Assembly: GCF_006345805.1 (NCBI RefSeq)
Contig: NW_021826849.1
Coordinates: forward strand, 1-12,304
Source of the DNA: Octopus sinensis
Taxonomy: Eukaryota
Length of the DNA stretch: 12,304 bases
Direction: 5' to 3'
This document shows, one piece after another, positions 8,449 through 12,304 of the stretch; within the stretch, counting starts at the first letter, position 1; every line of letters starts with the position of its first letter. Both the position numbers and the translations under genes were made by a program. The notes beneath the pieces were generated by a model. The model saw only the letters and a list, made by a program, of their open reading frames with translations. It did not search any database and was not told the DNA's origin.

Positions 8449-9313
8449 GATGAAATGAAAACAAACTCAGCTACTAGCCCCGATGGATTCTCAGCAATCC
8501 TTCTAAAAGTATGTAAGAGTATGCAGTTTCTCTTTCAGAGCTTCCTTGCAACTGGCAAACTTCCAAGAAAACTGAAGGAAGGTAAAATATGCCCTATTCA
8601 TAAAGGAGGTAGCAGAGCGGAGGCCAAGAACTACAGACCTATCTCTCTGACCTCACACATCAGCAAGGTCATGGAGCGAATAGTCAGAAGGAAACTAATC
8701 ACCTTCCTTGAAGAAAATGACTTGCTGCCTGACACCCAAAATGGTTTCCGACCAGGAAGAAGCTGCTTAACTCAGCTCCTACAACACTATGACTGGGTGC
8801 TGAAACGACTGGGAAAGACTCAAGAGATTGAGACTCTATTCCTTAGAGCGTAGGCGAGAAAGATATGCCATAATATACATCTGGAAGATCCTAGAAGGAC
8901 TTGTCCCAAACTTTGGCATCGAGAGTTACACAAATGCCAGAACTTGGCGCCACTGCATAGTGCCAAGGACTTCAAATTTGCCATCAAGACGTAGGACGAG
9001 ATACTGTGATAGCCTGGGCTTCCGAGGCCCACAGCTCTTCAATATCCTCCCGAAGAACCTAAGAGACCTGCATGGGTGGATGCAGATGTCTTTAAAATAA
9101 AACTGGATCTCTTCTTGTCAGGTGTCCCAGATGAAACAACTTCACGGCAGGAGGTGCAGATGAGGGCAGCTGCATCGAACTCTCTCATGCACCAAATGGC
9201 AGTTGCTAAAAAGCATTCGTGAAGTAAATTTATGTAGCAACTCCAAATGGCGGTGTCCCAGCATGGCTACAGCTTGTGAGCTGAAACTAGATAAAAAAAA
9301 AAATTAAAATTAA

Positions 9314-9317
<4 letters not shown>
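8449..9317 (+). mobile_element. CR1/L2-group LINE remnant with an internal deletion of the RT core, intact 3' end and poly(A)
   Basis: KNYRPISLTSHISKVMERIVRRKL...QNGFRPGRSCLTQLL (RT N-terminal motifs) joined at ~8806-8810 to WERLKRLRLYSLERRRERY...FRGPQLFNILPKNLR...KLDLFLSGVPD. 3' hairpin cagct-tgtg-agctg 9270-9283; A-rich tail 9293-9317. Confidence 0.9.
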
Positions 9318-9345
<28 letters not shown>

Positions 9346-9355
9346 CGTTTATATA
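9318..9355. repeat. (TA)n microsatellite
   Basis: Directly visible. Confidence 0.9.
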
Positions 9356-9356
9356 T

Positions 9357-9648
9357 TTGTTGTGCAAGACTTTTTATGTGAAGTCGTGTGTTGAAACAGA
9401 TATTGTTATATTTCGGAATGGTTATTTTGCCAGTTTAGCCAATAAAAACACACGCACTATATATTTGGTGCTACTTTGCTTCAGTATTATTTATTTTTTA
9501 CACAGGAGTGTGACGAAAGAACTCGGGCCGAAATTAGATTAAGATTAATGTAAAAAATAAATAACACTGAAGCAAAGTAACACCAAATATAGTGCGTGTG
9601 TTTTTATTGGCTAAACTGGCAAAATGACCATTCCGAAATATACAATAT
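9357..9648. mobile_element. Fold-back element: ~100-bp inverted arms, 46-nt spacer, 43-bp one-sided extension
   Basis: Arms 9400-9502 and 9549-9648 differ by 3 transitions and 2 small indels. (TA)n on both sides. Confidence 0.75.
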
Positions 9649-9650
9649 AT

Positions 9651-9689
<39 letters not shown>

Positions 9690-9700
9690 TATATATATAC
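9646..9700. repeat. (TA)n microsatellite separating two elements
   Basis: Directly visible. Confidence 0.9.
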
Positions 9701-10330
9701 ACACAAAATAGAGAGAATCCACTATGTGGACGCTCTGACGCTAAAGATAGATCCGCAAGGTCTCAACCACTAAGAATTGTTCTCAAGAAAAATTTAGCAC
9801 ACTATAAACGTAAGCGAGCTGGACAAATGAAAAATAACAAAAATATAGATTAACCCCAAACAATTGTTTCACTGTTAATAAATTATGCAATTTTACTTAC
9901 ACAATTAAACTACAGATCATAAGTGACATTCGTCATAAAATATAATTTGTCGAACTGCACGCCAGATATTTACACGAGGTCAAAAATACGAGTAGTTCGG
10001 CCTATTATATTCGCAGTTATATTCAAATGCCCTCGTATCAGCGCGCCAAATTCCCGGAAATATATATTGCATAAATAATTCACTGCAGTAGTTAACGCCG
10101 GTTTGAGAACATATTAATTTAGAATTAAGGTAAAAATGAGGGTGAAAAAATTAGATATTAATTTAACATCATCAATTTAACACCAGTGGTTTAGCGCATA
10201 AAAAACTGAGATTCAGTAAATATTATTAATACACAAAAATGAGAGAGAATCTACTATGTGGACGCTTTAACGCTAAAGATAGATCCGCAAGGTTCTCAAC
10301 CGCTAAGAATTGTTCTCAAGAAAAATTTGA
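9700..10330 (-). mobile_element. Diverged relative of the 505-bp unit: one 530-bp unit plus a repeated ~100-bp start
   Basis: Direct repeats 9701-9795 and 10231-10328. Colinear similarity to 5431-5936 across the unit (gtggac, attgttctca, tgaaaaata, gtttca-ctgtta, agttc-gcctatta, ttcaaatgcc, gagaacatatt, accagtggt-tagc). Confidence 0.75.
9854..9927 (-). ncRNA. Degenerate (probably inactive) hammerhead ribozyme
   Basis: Minus strand: CUUAUGA (9923-9917; G5 replaced by U), CUGU/ACAG stem II base, GAAA (9870-9867), C-AAUU-G stem III within the perfect palindrome aacaattgtt (9859-9868), GUU triplet; only 3 bp of stem I. Same position as the hammerhead in the 505-bp unit. Confidence 0.55.
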
Positions 10331-10339
10331 CTTTAATTC

Positions 10340-10358
10340 TATATATATATATATATAT
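10340..10358. repeat. (TA)n microsatellite
   Basis: Directly visible. Confidence 0.85.
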
Positions 10359-10579
10359 TCATTATTTGAAATACACACAAGATACCATCATTCCCGCAGC
10401 CATACGCTGTTCTCTCTTTGTTATCTTAATTCCGGCGCTGTGTATGATGGTAATTTTTCATCGTGTCTTCGCCGTCTGCAAATTCTATCTCCAAAGGAAC
10501 ACAGCTTTCATACTGCGTCTTATGTCGCGCAAATATCTACTCACAAACCCACAAATATATAGACGCACATAAGTAATAA

Positions 10580-10788
10580 CACATACACATATGTGTACAC
10601 ATTTATACACATATGCATTGATACATACATAGATATATTGATACTTAGATATACACACAAACGTACGCGCGTACACGTACAAACGCACATTTATACATTC
10701 TTTCACGCATGTGGTGATAGGTATACTTACATATACACACGCTCACACACGCACACACACACACACACATACACCCACCCACACACAA

Positions 10789-10822
<34 letters not shown>

Positions 10823-10850
10823 GCACACACACACCACGCACACATATGCA
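10580..10850. repeat. Degenerate (CA)n/(TA)n tract
   Basis: Directly visible. Confidence 0.85.
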
Positions 10851-11207
10851 CTCGCTTTTTCTTCTGCTGTCAAGAAATATTGTGACTTTCAAACTCGCGA
10901 CATCTCAAGGGATTTATCAATATAAACGGCAATAATTTAAAAGCTATAATATAGCACATTCACTACTGTGACATATGTGTGTGATATAGAGGTAATATAC
11001 ATACGTATATGATTTAGAAATAATATATGACTATAATATATTCTACAGAGACAATATTCTCTCTCTACACTTGCAGATAGTATCGTGACCTAATTCTTAA
11101 AAAAAAAACCCCAAAAAAACAGGAAAAAATATAAAGATGAAATTATCCAAAGGCGAACAAGTTACGTCTCGTATATTCTACATTCTGCATAGATACTTTT
11201 GGGAAGC

Positions 11208-11248
11208 CTATACATACATACATACACATACATACATGTCTGTATATA

Positions 11249-11328
<80 letters not shown>

Positions 11329-11365
11329 ATATAATATATATATATATATGAATTATATGTATGTA
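11208..11365. repeat. (CATA)n-(TA)n microsatellite
   Basis: Directly visible. Confidence 0.9.
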
Positions 11366-11367
11366 AC

Positions 11368-12010
11368 TATAATTAAGGGTATTGAGAAACAGTACTTACA
11401 CGCTAGAGATAGACGTCAAAAACTCTAAAACACCACTTCAAATTGCACTCCATTAGCAAAAGGCTGAAAGCGAGTAAATGAATAAAAGAGATTTAGTAAA
11501 ATTTCGAAGTCAATTCTAGATCGTGCAATTTCTAGTTTAGGAATACAAATTACTGTCATCAATAAGATATACCAGAAGTACACAAGTATAAATATATATA
11601 CATACCCATACAAATACATCCGCACATATACAAATATATGCATGCATCTACACCTATATACCAGGCAAATCCGATTATTCATCTCCGATCCTGATATTTA
11701 CTGTGGTATTATCTTGATGTAATAAGCACGTGGTTGAGAGGAATAATCGGATTCGCCTCGTATATAAGTGCAGATGTATGCATATATTTGTATATCTACG
11801 AATGAATATGTATGTGTATTATATATATTTATATTTACGTACTTCTGGTATGTTCTTCTGCTGAAGATAAAGCAGTTTGCATTACTAAACCAAAAATGGA
11901 ACGATCTGGAATTAACTTCAAAATTTTATTACATCTATTTTATTCCATTGCTTGCTGTCAGCCTTGTACTAATAGAATGTAGGTACTGTTTTTTAGTACC
12001 CTTAATTATA
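11368..12010. mobile_element. Old fold-back element with diverged inverted arms, related to the 505-bp unit start
   Basis: Left arm 11368-11685, right arm 11736-12010, 50-nt spacer. Arms are roughly 75-80% identical by eye, and the right arm lacks ~46 bp. Start aattaaggg...gctagagatagacgtcaaaa matches aattaagg...gctagatatagacgtcaaaa of the 505-bp unit. Confidence 0.75.
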
Positions 12011-12111
12011 ATTATATCTATATAATTATATATTTATATTAATGTTTACCTATATGGTTTTTATTACATGCTGGCCACTGATAAGACTATTAATTGATTT
12101 TATCCTTAATT

Positions 12112-12142
12112 ATGTATATATACATACTATGTATATATATAT

Positions 12143-12188
<46 letters not shown>

Positions 12189-12192
12189 ATAT
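12112..12192. repeat. (TA)n microsatellite
   Basis: Directly visible. Confidence 0.9.
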
Positions 12193-12304
12193 ACCGGAGT
12201 AAACACATAAATGTGAAACAAGGTGGAAAAAAGAGTACTCAAATACCAGTGGTAGAGTAATATGCTTTATTTTAAGCACCAGAAAATTCAACAAAATTTG
12301 TGTA

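Noticed and set aside
7189-9100. RT-like ORFs as functional CDS
   Set aside because: Multiple frameshifts, 5' truncation (RTE) and a missing catalytic core (CR1/L2); recorded as mobile-element remnants.
10384-10450. Possible hairpin ncRNA (ccatcat...cgcagc / gctgtg...atgatgg)
   Set aside because: Short interrupted stems with competing pairings; no snoRNA boxes or pre-miRNA-like continuous duplex.

Overview
AT-rich, microsatellite-dense eukaryotic non-coding DNA with no supportable host gene. The SINE families resemble those I recall from octopus/cephalopod genomes; I cannot check this here. The first 5.4 kb holds tRNA-derived SINEs, a 411-bp hAT-type MITE with a perfect 8-bp TSD, and (CA)n/(TA)n tracts. 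From 5.4 to 12 kb, two dead LINE fragments (RTE-like, CR1/L2-like) are interleaved with five non-coding elements, each embedded in (TA)n or AT-rich DNA. The youngest (5431-7130) is a head-to-tail array of ~505-bp units that folds back into a ~640-bp-arm palindrome. Each full unit carries a complete type I hammerhead ribozyme fold (stem I, CUGAUGA, stem II, GAAA, short near-palindromic stem III, GUA cleavage triplet). A diverged colinear relative (9700-10330, 530-bp period) keeps a decayed hammerhead. Three further fold-back elements (8135-8433, 9357-9648, 11368-12010) repeat the architecture at different ages. Best interpretation (inference): a (TA)n-targeting family of hammerhead-bearing retrozyme or Penelope-pLTR-like non-autonomous retroelements. 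Activity is untested, and an assembly artefact cannot be excluded for the youngest array.
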